Origin: an uncultured Thermodesulfobacteriota bacterium
GTDB taxonomy: Bacteria > Desulfobacterota > BSN033 > WVXP01
Assembly: GCA_964348185.1 (NCBI GenBank)
Contig: CAYGBW010000101.1
Coordinates: forward strand, 994 to 64,993
Direction of reading: 5' to 3'
DNA length: 64,000 nucleotides
Part shown: piece after piece, positions 29,654 to 38,657 of the stretch
How positions within the stretch are numbered: position 1 is the first letter of the stretch
Layout of the letters: each line of letters starts with the position of its first letter
The notes under the pieces: model-generated
What the model saw: only the letters and a program-made list of their open reading frames with translations
Databases searched by the model: none
What the model was told of the DNA's origin: nothing
Position numbers and translations under genes: made by a program

Positions 29654-30220
29654 ATGGGATTTTCGATTTCCGTGCTGAGAAAAGGCAGGACCGAAGGAAC
29701 TGAGCGGATCGGCATCGCGCTAAAAGCCTACGCTTGGTCAGCAACAGCGGCCCTTTTGCTCGTCATCATGCTCTATCTCTATTATGTTTATCCCCGCCAG
29801 GGGATCGGCCCGAAGCAACCGATCTACTTCAGTCACCGCGTCCATGCAGGGGTGAAGCAGATCAGCTGCCGGTTCTGTCATCCTTTCGTAGACCGATCCA
29901 AGAATGCAGGGATTCCGGCTGTGGAGAAATGCCTTTACTGTCATCGGTATGTCGTGTCACAGCATCCCCAAATCCTCCGCGTAAAATGGCATTACGAGAC
30001 CAAGACTCCCATCCCTTGGATCAGGATCGCCTACGTAGCGGACCACGTTCAATTCAATCATCAGAGGCATATCACGCGCGGCATCGACTGTGCGGTATGT
30101 CACGGAGAGGTGAAAAAAATGGATCGCCTGATGCCCGTGGAATTCAAGATGGGCTTCTGCATTGACTGTCATAAGAGAGAGAGGGCTCAATTGGATTGCT
30201 GGTTGGCCTGTCATAACTAG
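29654..30220 (+). CDS. actA: membrane-anchored multiheme cytochrome c (ActA-like)
   Basis: It has one N-terminal TM helix, four CxxCH motifs (CRFCH, CLYCH, CAVCH, CIDCH) and a terminal CWLACH (Cx3CH). Confidence 0.75.
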   Translation: MGFSISVLRKGRTEGTERIGIALKAYAWSATAALLLVIMLYLYYVYPRQGIGPKQPIYFSHRVHAGVKQISCRFCHPFVDRSKNAGIPAVEKCLYCHRYVVSQHPQILRVKWHYETKTPIPWIRIAYVADHVQFNHQRHITRGIDCAVCHGEVKKMDRLMPVEFKMGFCIDCHKRERAQLDCWLACHN

Positions 30221-30222
30221 AA

Positions 30223-31701
30223 GTGCCTGAGGTGAATTCGAGCTTCCAAAGTGAAGCTCTCCGTGCCAAGGAGCGAGGCATCTGCGCGACGGCGAGTGAA
30301 CTGGGATCGACCCTAAGTCGTCTGAAGGAGTTGACTAAATTGAATTTCTTAAAGGATGAACCCCATGGAACCACCAAAGGTTTCTTTTTGAGTTCCGCGG
30401 TTTGGATGGTGGCGGGGACCTTTGCCGGCCTGATCGGTGCCGTGGAACTGGTGGCTCCGGAACTTCTGGGGAACATCCCGTGGATCGCGTTCGGGAGAAT
30501 TCGTCAAATTCACACGAACCTGGTCATGTTCGGTTTTGTCGGTTCTGCCCTAATTGGAGCGGCTATTTATCTGGTCCCCACACTGCTTCGAGTGCCTCTC
30601 CATAGTGAACGGGTTGGCAAGATCGCGCTTTGGGCGTGGAACTTGGCCATCGCTGCTGGGATCCTCACCCTTTCCATGGGGTACACCCAGAATAGGGAAT
30701 ACGCCGAGTTCATCTGGCCCATCGATATTGGGGTCCTCATCGTTTTGGGCCTGATCTTTTACAACCTGTTTCAAACCGTCAGGAATCGAAGGGAAAACCT
30801 CCTCTATGTGTCCATCTGGTATGTGTTGGGCTCTGTCATTTTCACCTTCTTCACCTATTTTTTCGGCAATGCCGTATGGAACCCTGAAACCGGATCTCTC
30901 ATGGGAATTCCCGATGCGGTCTTGGCCTGGTTCTATGGCCATAACATCATCGCATTCTTCTTCACCACGCTGGCTGTGGCTGTAGCCTACTATGTGATCC
31001 CCGTCGTCAGCAGGGCCCCTCTGTATAGCCACACCCTGTCGCTTATCGGTTTCTGGACCATCCTCATCATGTACTCCCATATCGGCACCCATCACATTAT
31101 CCAGGCCCCAGCCCCTACCTGGCTGAAAGTGATCGCCATCACGGGCAGTATAGGCATGTTGATTCCGGTGATGACGGTCCTTGTGAACCTCTGGCTCACG
31201 ATGCGAGGTCGACTGGGGAACATTCATGGGGATGTTGGGGGAAAGTTCGTCTTTGCGGGTTCGGTTTGGTATCTTTTGACGTGTCTCCAGGGGCCTCTGC
31301 AATCTCTGCCTTACGTGCAAAGGCTGACCCATTTCACCAATTGGGTTGTGGCCCATGCCCATATGGGAGTCCTCGGTTTCGCGGGTATGACTGCCCTCGG
31401 GGGTCTCTACTTCATTCTACCTCGGGTGACGGGTCGCGCCATATACAGTTCCCGCTTGGCCGACATTCAGTACTGGCTTGTACTCATTGGCATGACCGGC
31501 TTTTTCGTGGTGTTGACCACCGCGGGTCTCATCCAAGGAAATGGATGGTTAAACGGGGAGGTGGTTTACCGAATCTTGCCTCAGATTCACCTCTACATGG
31601 TCCTCCGTGCGTCTTTAGGAATCCTTGTGGCTGGCGGTGCGATAATCGGGCTGTACAACATCTTCATGTCCCTCTATGGGCCAGAGAGGGGGACATCATG
31701 A
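30223..31701 (+). CDS. ccoN: cbb3-type (C-family) heme-copper oxidase subunit I
   Basis: The FYGHN, GTHH and VAHAHMGVLG histidine motifs have CcoN-like spacing across 12 or more TM helices. GTG start. Confidence 0.9.
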   Translation: MPEVNSSFQSEALRAKERGICATASELGSTLSRLKELTKLNFLKDEPHGTTKGFFLSSAVWMVAGTFAGLIGAVELVAPELLGNIPWIAFGRIRQIHTNLVMFGFVGSALIGAAIYLVPTLLRVPLHSERVGKIALWAWNLAIAAGILTLSMGYTQNREYAEFIWPIDIGVLIVLGLIFYNLFQTVRNRRENLLYVSIWYVLGSVIFTFFTYFFGNAVWNPETGSLMGIPDAVLAWFYGHNIIAFFFTTLAVAVAYYVIPVVSRAPLYSHTLSLIGFWTILIMYSHIGTHHIIQAPAPTWLKVIAITGSIGMLIPVMTVLVNLWLTMRGRLGNIHGDVGGKFVFAGSVWYLLTCLQGPLQSLPYVQRLTHFTNWVVAHAHMGVLGFAGMTALGGLYFILPRVTGRAIYSSRLADIQYWLVLIGMTGFFVVLTTAGLIQGNGWLNGEVVYRILPQIHLYMVLRASLGILVAGGAIIGLYNIFMSLYGPERGTS

Positions 31702-32645
31702 GGATGACGCCGACGATCCTTATTTTTGGGTGCTTGATTATTTTCGGGGCCGTCTTTTTTGTGGCTGTCTTTCTGCCGGGATATACCCAGAGCGATCTTC
31801 CGTCGGATATCTTGCGATCGAGAACCCCTCTTGAAGCGCAGGGGCGCAAGATATACCTAGAGAACGGCTGTTCTTATTGCCATTCCCAATATATCCGCTA
31901 TCAGGATTGGGGATTGGGGGCAGAACGGATCGCTCAGGCCGGCGATTACGTGCAGGACCGCCCCCACCAGCTGGGTTCAGAGCGAACGGGCCCCGATCTG
32001 TCCCAGGAGGGCGGCGAGCACCCCGATGATTGGCACCTGGCCCATTTCATCAACCCCCGGTATACTCGGCCGGAGTCGTTGATGCCGTCCTTTGAATTTC
32101 TCGGCATGGAGAAAATCCAGGCTCTGACCGCCTACGTGCAGGGTCTCGGATTCAAGGAGGCGGACTTTCGGGTTCAGCGGCAAGGTTATTGGAAAAAAAA
32201 GGCCATCGAGGCTTATGAAGCTGGCCCCGATGCCAATGTGGCCTGGCTGCATAGCATGGTCCCTGAGCCATGGAGAAAGTTGCCCAATCCCTATCCGACG
32301 ACCCGGGCCGGCTTGGAGCGAGGACATCGGATCTATCAGAGCTTTTGCATCGGGTGCCATGGCCCCATCGGGGATGGGATGGGTCCGGCTCAACCCTACC
32401 TGTATCCCCCGCCCATCAACTTCACCATCCTGAAGGGGAGGGGGGTTTCAGGGGGCATCCTCTACTATCAGATTATGAATGGAATCACGGGAACGGCCAT
32501 GCCCTACTTCAAAAGGGAACTGGAGTCAGAGAAGATTTGGGATGTGGGGAACTATGTGGCCGTGTACTTCATCGGTGAAACCGATGCGGACCAGGAACCG
32601 AGAGGAATCGATGCCGCTTATGAGGGGCCTAGGAGGGAGGATTAA
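31698..32645 (+). CDS. ccoO: CcoO fused to an extra monoheme c-type cytochrome domain
   Basis: The ATG overlaps the ccoN stop (ATGA). It has an N-terminal TM helix and the CcoO core (GCSYCHSQ...GPDL...DDWH.AHF.NPR). A second domain carries CIGCHG and a distal Met (GTAMPYF). Confidence 0.85.
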   Translation: MRMTPTILIFGCLIIFGAVFFVAVFLPGYTQSDLPSDILRSRTPLEAQGRKIYLENGCSYCHSQYIRYQDWGLGAERIAQAGDYVQDRPHQLGSERTGPDLSQEGGEHPDDWHLAHFINPRYTRPESLMPSFEFLGMEKIQALTAYVQGLGFKEADFRVQRQGYWKKKAIEAYEAGPDANVAWLHSMVPEPWRKLPNPYPTTRAGLERGHRIYQSFCIGCHGPIGDGMGPAQPYLYPPPINFTILKGRGVSGGILYYQIMNGITGTAMPYFKRELESEKIWDVGNYVAVYFIGETDADQEPRGIDAAYEGPRRED

Positions 32646-32648
32646 CCC

Positions 32649-32912
32649 GTGTTCTACCTTGGTTGGATCGCCCTGACTGCTTCGGGGATCTTAGTCGGCG
32701 TATCGGTATTTCTTTGGGCTCTGAAGTCAGGACAGTTCTCGGATCAGGGAAGAGCCCGTTACCTGCCGCTGAGCGACGAATTACCGGTGCCACCGGTGGA
32801 AAACGCATCGAGACCCCCGACAGAGGTCTACGCGTTGGTTATCATCATTGCCGTTGGACTGATCGCCATGATGACCACGGTGATTTTGACTATCATGAGT
32901 TTACGGGGATAA
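32649..32912 (+). CDS. ccoS: CcoS/FixS-like cbb3 maturation protein with an additional C-terminal TM helix
   Basis: FLWALKSGQFSDQ matches the CcoS signature (W.....GQ[FY]DD). It is 87 aa and longer than typical CcoS because of a second hydrophobic helix. Confidence 0.6.
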   Translation: MFYLGWIALTASGILVGVSVFLWALKSGQFSDQGRARYLPLSDELPVPPVENASRPPTEVYALVIIIAVGLIAMMTTVILTIMSLRG

Positions 32913-32920
32913 GTAGGATC

Positions 32921-33190
32921 ATGCGATACTTCGCGCTCCTCGATTTCCAATACGTGGTGCTCCTGGTTTTTCTCGGTCTAACCGTGCTGATTCTCATTTA
33001 CTTGGCCTTTTACGGTCACGCGCTCCATCGAGGCAAACAAGAGAAATCGGATGAAACGGAGGGCTATCCCGAGGGTATTCGGGTGAGCAGAAATCCGATC
33101 CCCCCGATCTTGATCTTCCTGTACGTGACCTTCGTTCTTTGGGCTTTGGGCTACTTGATCGTGGTTGGCCTTCTGGGAGGACCTTTATGA
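32921..33190 (+). CDS. small 2-TM membrane protein (89 aa), unknown function
   Basis: The ATG lies 8 nt after the previous stop, and there are two clear hydrophobic helices. This corresponds to an internal start in the ORF-track entry 32663..33190. Confidence 0.5.
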   Translation: MRYFALLDFQYVVLLVFLGLTVLILIYLAFYGHALHRGKQEKSDETEGYPEGIRVSRNPIPPILIFLYVTFVLWALGYLIVVGLLGGPL

Positions 33191-33270
33191 TGGGTTTGGA
33201 TCGGCGGATGATTGGATCACAGAGGCCTTGGGGTTTCACCGAATGAGCTTATTTGAAGGGGTAAACCGGG

Positions 33271-33495
33271 ATGGAGAATACGACTTCAATTTTAGAACGG
33301 AAGGCAACTCTTCGAAGCTGGATCATCGTGGTCGTCATTGCCGTTTTGTTTCTCTGTTGGGGGGTTTTCATATTCATCGCCGTCGGGGACAAGGGCCCGC
33401 CCTCTTGGCATTTCGGCGTTGTGGAGGATATCCCCGGGCAATCACCTTATTCCAGTCAATCCACTGAGCCCATCACCCAACATGTTTCAGACTAG
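33271..33495 (+). CDS. small 1-TM membrane protein (74 aa), unknown function
   Basis: It has a single strong TM helix (WIIVVVIAVLFLCWGVFIFIAV) and is co-directional within the operon. Confidence 0.45.
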   Translation: MENTTSILERKATLRSWIIVVVIAVLFLCWGVFIFIAVGDKGPPSWHFGVVEDIPGQSPYSSQSTEPITQHVSD

Positions 33496-33554
33496 GTGAT
33501 GTGATATTGCTCATAGGCAAGAGGGTTCGGGCAAGTCTCCATCAAAGGGGACCC

Positions 33555-34049
33555 ATGAAAACTCGGTTGCAAAACGTCGTTGCCGTGCTCGCGGCCATTC
33601 TCGTTCTGGGTGGCTGTGACTATGCCCGGATGAGGGAGCAGGAATCCATTCGCACCTACGAGACCCCGATGCCAGAGATGCCTGAGGAGACGATCCCCAT
33701 CCGAGGCGGTCTCCAGGTGGCAAGGGAAATCGATCTCGAGGATCTGCAAAACCCCTTACCCTATGACCGGGCATCCATCGATCAGGGAGAGGGGGCTTAT
33801 GGTTACTTTTGTATCATGTGCCACGGAGCCAAAGGGGAGGGCAATGGCACCGTTGGGCAAAGCTTTTACCCTCTGCCCACGAACCTGAAGAGCGAGTACG
33901 TGGAGGTGCAGTCTGACGGAGAGCTCTTTTACTCGATAACTTTTGGTATTGGAAGACACCCGCCACTCGGTTACACAGTGGCCGAGAAAGATCGCTGGGC
34001 CATCGTCCATTATATCCGCTTCCTCGGGAAGAACTCGGAGGAAAAGTAG
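33555..34049 (+). CDS. monoheme c-type cytochrome lipoprotein (ActE-like)
   Basis: It has a lipobox (LVLGGC), a single CIMCHG motif and class-I cytochrome c size. Confidence 0.75.
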   Translation: MKTRLQNVVAVLAAILVLGGCDYARMREQESIRTYETPMPEMPEETIPIRGGLQVAREIDLEDLQNPLPYDRASIDQGEGAYGYFCIMCHGAKGEGNGTVGQSFYPLPTNLKSEYVEVQSDGELFYSITFGIGRHPPLGYTVAEKDRWAIVHYIRFLGKNSEEK

Positions 34050-34053
34050 CCGC

Positions 34054-34755
34054 ATGTTCGATCTTGTCGCGCCTTTTGTGGTGGGCTTCTTTGGAAGCCT
34101 CCATTGCGTGGGAATGTGTGGGCCCCTCATATTGGCCTATTCTCTGCATATTCAGGGGCACGGAAACTCTGGTTTAGCTGATGGGGCGTCGGTGTTCCAA
34201 AGGAGCGTTTTTCATCATACGGCCTTTCACGTTGGGCGGCTCTTGACAGACGGATTTCTAGGGGCATTGGCGGGGTGGCTTGCGTACCTCATCCAAACAG
34301 ATCGGTTTTTCTTCAACGTTCGAATTGGCGTGACCCTCGTGAGCGGGACTTTGATGGTCCTGGCGGGCTTGGTCCTCTTTCGTATCCTCCCCATACCCTT
34401 CACCCCTGCTGCCCCATCCTTTGGCCACGGGTCCTTCTCCGGCCCCTGGATCTCGAAGCTCTTCCGATCCAAGGGGGTTGGATCGAGGATGGCCTTGGGG
34501 CTTGCCACTGGATTTTTGCCGTGTATGCTTTCCTGGTCTATGATGATGAAGGCAGCGAGCACCCAGAGCTTTCCCGGCGGGTTTCTCACCATGCTTGCTT
34601 TCGGACTCGGCACGGTACCCGCTCTTTTCTTTACCGGGCTATCCGCCTCGATGTTGTCCATTAAGCTGCGGTTCATCGGGGAGCGAGTTGCCGCCCTCTC
34701 TATTATCGTCATGGGGCTGATTCTAGTTTTCAAGGGGGTCCGAGTCCTTGCCTGA
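34054..34755 (+). CDS. DsbD_2 / TauE-like membrane protein with HCxxMCGP motif
   Basis: SLHCVGMCGPL sits in TM1, and there are about 6 TM helices. This family is often found next to ccoS and ccoI genes. Confidence 0.7.
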   Translation: MFDLVAPFVVGFFGSLHCVGMCGPLILAYSLHIQGHGNSGLADGASVFQRSVFHHTAFHVGRLLTDGFLGALAGWLAYLIQTDRFFFNVRIGVTLVSGTLMVLAGLVLFRILPIPFTPAAPSFGHGSFSGPWISKLFRSKGVGSRMALGLATGFLPCMLSWSMMMKAASTQSFPGGFLTMLAFGLGTVPALFFTGLSASMLSIKLRFIGERVAALSIIVMGLILVFKGVRVLA

Positions 34756-37276
34756 ATTTGCTCCATCCAACCTGCGAGCCGAGTCGAAGGACTCAAAGCC
34801 CGAAGAGGAGGCGCAAGAAAGTCGGTGCGACCTCTGCGGACTCCCGGTTGGACGGTCACAAGTCCAACTGTTCGTCAATGGAGATACCCTTCATTTCTGC
34901 TGTCCGGGCTGTCACCACGTATTTCAAATCCTCTTCAACAGTCCCAGCGGTCCACCCACTGACTTCAGGGAGACAGACCTCTATCGAGCCTGCGTTGCAT
35001 CTGGCGTCATCCCCGGAAACAAAGAGAACCGAACGGAGAGGCAGAGCCAAATGAACACCGGCGGCCAGGAGGCCCTGTCCTCTCAAAGCTTCGAAGCAGA
35101 AAATCTTGCCCAGGAACTGACCCTCAGGATTGAGGGGATGTGGTGCACCTCCTGCGCCTGGCTGATCGAGGAAGTGTTGAGCCGAACCCGGGGAATCATC
35201 GAATCAAAGGTATTCTTTCTCTCGGATATCGCCCAAATCAAATACCTACCGCAAGTATTGGTCCCTCAGGACATCACGGCCAAGATCGTAAGCCTGGGAT
35301 ATCGTCCATCACTTTTCAACGATCAAACTGGATACTCCCGGGAGAGAAACAGCCTGCTCATGCGTCTGGGGATTTCATCGGTTTTGACTGCCAACATTAT
35401 GATGATCTCCTTTGCCTTGTATTTTGGCTTTTTTCAGAATTTCTCCCGGGAAGTTATCGGGTATTTTTCTTTTCCCCTGTGGGCACTCGCTACCCCGGTC
35501 ATCTTCTATGGAGGCTTTCCCATTCTCAGGAGGGCATACGGGGGATTACGGTATCTGAAAACCTCCATGGATACCCTGATCTCTGTCGGAGCCCTGTCGG
35601 CGTATGCCTATAGCATCATTCAGATGACCCGGGGGAGCCTTCATCTATACTTCGATACGGCTTCCATGCTTGTGACCCTGGTTCTCTTGGGGAAATACAT
35701 CGAAATCCAGGCAAAGGGGAAAATATCCAGGGGACTGATGGAACTCTATGGGTTAGCCAACCAGAAAGTCCGCCTCTGGAGTCCGGGCAAAGAGAGATGG
35801 GTATCTCCTGAGGCCGTGAGGCCAGGCGATGAATTCCTCGTCAAAGAGGGCGAGAGAGTTCCCATCGATGGTCGGATCGTCTCGGGCCGAGTCAATGTCG
35901 ATGAATCGATCCTCACGGGCGAATCAAGGCCAGTGCGGAAAGGGACTGGTGACGACGCTATGGGAGGGGCCCTTCTCCTGGAAGGCGAATTAAGGCTTAA
36001 GGCAACCCACGTAGGTCGTGAGGGGTCCCTGGGTCAGATGATTGCGTTAATGGAAGAAGCTCTCAGCAAGAAGGACCCTGTCGAACTTTTGGCTGACCGA
36101 ATCACACACGGGTTTGTGCCGGCTATTCTTGCCCTCGCAGGGGGGACTGCACTGTATCTGTGGTCCCATCACGTGTCGGTCGAGGTCGCCCTGCTCCGGG
36201 CAGTGACCGTGCTTGTGATTGCGTGCCCTTGTGCTTTAGGCATTGCAGCGCCTCTGGCCAAAGTAGCGACCATGGCAGCAGCTCGGGCGAGGGGGATCCT
36301 CATTCGGGAGCCCGGGGCGCTCGAGCAGGTAAAGAACCTCGATGCCCTCGTGCTTGATAAAACCGGAACGGTCACCGAGGGGGATTTTTCACTCCGGGAA
36401 ATTTTCACATTGGAGGTCAATGAAAAGGAGGCGTTGGGCCGCGTGGCGTCTTTGGAAGCCTATTCAGATCACCTTTTGGCCAGAAGAACCGTTCAAGCCG
36501 CCCAGGAGGCCTCTCTGGAAATGGAGTCTGTCAGAGGCTTTGAAGCGTTCGAGGGACTGGGGGTTAAAGGCGTGGTTCAGGGGACAGAAACACTCGTCGG
36601 GAACAGACAACTCATGGCTAACGAGGGAATCAGTCTCTCACCATCACTTGAACAAAATGCCAGGTCAAGAGAACTCAGGGGGGAAACAGTGGTCTTTTTC
36701 GGCTGGCAGAAACTCGTCCAGGGTTTCCTAACCTTTGGGGATTCTCTCAAGGATCATGCCCAGCAACTCATTCTCGCCTTACGTTCCAAAGGGATCACGA
36801 CATGGATGGTTTCGGGGGATGCAGAGGGGACGACCCGGGCTGTCGCTGAGCAATTGCATATCGACCGGTTTTTCGGGCAGACCCTACCCAAAGACAAGGT
36901 AGACATCATCAAGAAACTTCAGGAGAAAGGGTTTCGCGTCGGCATGGTTGGGGATGGGATTAACGATGCAGCCGCCCTTGCCCAGGCGAATGTGGGTTTT
37001 GCCCTGGGGATGAGGTCGAACATCGCCCAGGATGCTTCGGATATCAATATCCTGGTGGACGATCCGATCCGGGTTTTGGAGATCCTTGATCTTTCGGCTT
37101 TGACCATGCGAATTATCCGCCAAAACCTCTTCTTCTCCTTCTTTTATAATGCCCTTGGCATTCCTTTGGCGGTGGCCGGTGCACTAAGCCCGTTGGTAGC
37201 CGTTTTTGCCATGTTTGCCAGCAGCCTCACGGTCATCGGGAACAGCCTGAGGATCTCAAAACAGCCAAAACCGTGA
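34748..37276 (+). CDS. ccoI: CcoI/FixI-type heavy-metal (copper) P1B-ATPase
   Basis: It has an N-terminal Cys-rich domain (CDLCG...FCCPGCHHVF), an HMA-like domain (MWCTSCAW), CPC in a TM helix (ACPCALG), DKTGT and GDGINDA. The TTG start overlaps the preceding stop. Confidence 0.9.
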   Translation: MPEFAPSNLRAESKDSKPEEEAQESRCDLCGLPVGRSQVQLFVNGDTLHFCCPGCHHVFQILFNSPSGPPTDFRETDLYRACVASGVIPGNKENRTERQSQMNTGGQEALSSQSFEAENLAQELTLRIEGMWCTSCAWLIEEVLSRTRGIIESKVFFLSDIAQIKYLPQVLVPQDITAKIVSLGYRPSLFNDQTGYSRERNSLLMRLGISSVLTANIMMISFALYFGFFQNFSREVIGYFSFPLWALATPVIFYGGFPILRRAYGGLRYLKTSMDTLISVGALSAYAYSIIQMTRGSLHLYFDTASMLVTLVLLGKYIEIQAKGKISRGLMELYGLANQKVRLWSPGKERWVSPEAVRPGDEFLVKEGERVPIDGRIVSGRVNVDESILTGESRPVRKGTGDDAMGGALLLEGELRLKATHVGREGSLGQMIALMEEALSKKDPVELLADRITHGFVPAILALAGGTALYLWSHHVSVEVALLRAVTVLVIACPCALGIAAPLAKVATMAAARARGILIREPGALEQVKNLDALVLDKTGTVTEGDFSLREIFTLEVNEKEALGRVASLEAYSDHLLARRTVQAAQEASLEMESVRGFEAFEGLGVKGVVQGTETLVGNRQLMANEGISLSPSLEQNARSRELRGETVVFFGWQKLVQGFLTFGDSLKDHAQQLILALRSKGITTWMVSGDAEGTTRAVAEQLHIDRFFGQTLPKDKVDIIKKLQEKGFRVGMVGDGINDAAALAQANVGFALGMRSNIAQDASDINILVDDPIRVLEILDLSALTMRIIRQNLFFSFFYNALGIPLAVAGALSPLVAVFAMFASSLTVIGNSLRISKQPKP

Positions 37277-37463
37277 CAGGGACACGGGAATTCTTCCGAA
37301 GGGAGGATTCAAATGAGTGAATGAAAGGATCTGCGGAGCCATGGAGTTGCAGAAACCAAAATGCCGAATAAGAGCTGAAAGACCGAAACCGGCGTGTCTC
37401 ACATATCAATGCCGAAATGATGAATGAAACCGATCCGTGGTGGCGTGATCCAGCTGAGATGCC

Positions 37464-38657
37464 CTAAACCAACAATCGCAGTTTTGATTTCCTATGGCAA
37501 AGGATTTCAACCAGTGCTTCGGCCATCTTATCGTTCCTAAGTGCCCTATTGATATTGAAGTTCAGAAAAAACTCACCAAACACAAATCTTTGGATGAGGT
37601 AGCCTAGTATATACTCCCTTCGCTTAAACTCTCTCCTCCACAGGCGTTCAAAGATGTCAGCTATCTTATTGATATTGTTGTTCAATCCTATGGTAATCGC
37701 TTGGGCTGCATATTCACCGCTTCTCAATGCGTAGTAGATGCCTTCACCCGTCAAAGTATCAGCAAAACTCCCCGCATCACCAATGAGTATGACATTTTCG
37801 TAACTCCGCTTAGACGAACAGGAGCCTAAGGGGATTGGCCAGGTTTTGAGTGAGTTTCCGATCATCTGAGTCCTATTGAATCTGTTTTTCATCGATTTGT
37901 TTTGCTCCAAGAACGTATCAAATAACGTCTTGATGTCTTTTTTGCGGGTAGCCGAACGGCAAGAAGTTCCAACCCCGACGTTCGCAGAACCCTCACCCGT
38001 CGGGAAAACCCATCCATAACCAGGCAAAATCGATTTGTCACAGTGGATCTCAATATAGTGATCCAATCCTGGAACATTATCAAAATAAGCCCTGGCTGCG
38101 AGAACCCTATGCTTTGGGTTACTATTTAGGAATGAGGTTTTTCGAGCTATGATTGAATGGACCCCGTCCGCTCCAACAACCACTTTGCCGCTGAACTCTT
38201 TTGACTCATTTTCGTAATTGACTCTAACCCCCGAAACCGCGTTTTCCTCGTGAACCAAATCCCTGACTTCGCAGTTTTCCAGGACAACGACATTCGAAAG
38301 CTCTCGGACATGTTTAAAGAGTACAAAATCGAGATCTTTTCTTGGCAAAACATAACTATGATTCCCTAACCCTTCAATCTGTTGGAATTGGGTTCTTAAT
38401 TTCTTACCAGCCGGGGATGAAAACTCTACACCATCTATTCTCCAAGGCCTAGACTTCTCCATTCTCCCGGTAACTCCCATACGCTCGAGAACATCCAAGG
38501 CTGATGGGCTAAGCCCATCACCGCAGGCCTTATCCCGAGGGAATTTCGCTTTATCGACGAGCAAAACGCTGCAACCATTACCCGCCAAGAACGTAGCGGC
38601 ACTGCACCCTGCAGGGCCCGCACCGACGACGATCACGTCATGTTTTTTTCGATTCAT
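37464..38657 (-). CDS. geranylgeranyl-reductase-family FAD-dependent oxidoreductase
   Basis: DVIVVGAGPAGCSAA opens a dinucleotide-binding fold, and the LIGDAAG-type motif (VILIGDAGSF) is present. The gene looks clearly more AT-rich than its neighbours by eye. Confidence 0.8.
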   Translation of the reverse strand: MNRKKHDVIVVGAGPAGCSAATFLAGNGCSVLLVDKAKFPRDKACGDGLSPSALDVLERMGVTGRMEKSRPWRIDGVEFSSPAGKKLRTQFQQIEGLGNHSYVLPRKDLDFVLFKHVRELSNVVVLENCEVRDLVHEENAVSGVRVNYENESKEFSGKVVVGADGVHSIIARKTSFLNSNPKHRVLAARAYFDNVPGLDHYIEIHCDKSILPGYGWVFPTGEGSANVGVGTSCRSATRKKDIKTLFDTFLEQNKSMKNRFNRTQMIGNSLKTWPIPLGSCSSKRSYENVILIGDAGSFADTLTGEGIYYALRSGEYAAQAITIGLNNNINKIADIFERLWRREFKRREYILGYLIQRFVFGEFFLNFNINRALRNDKMAEALVEILCHRKSKLRLLV

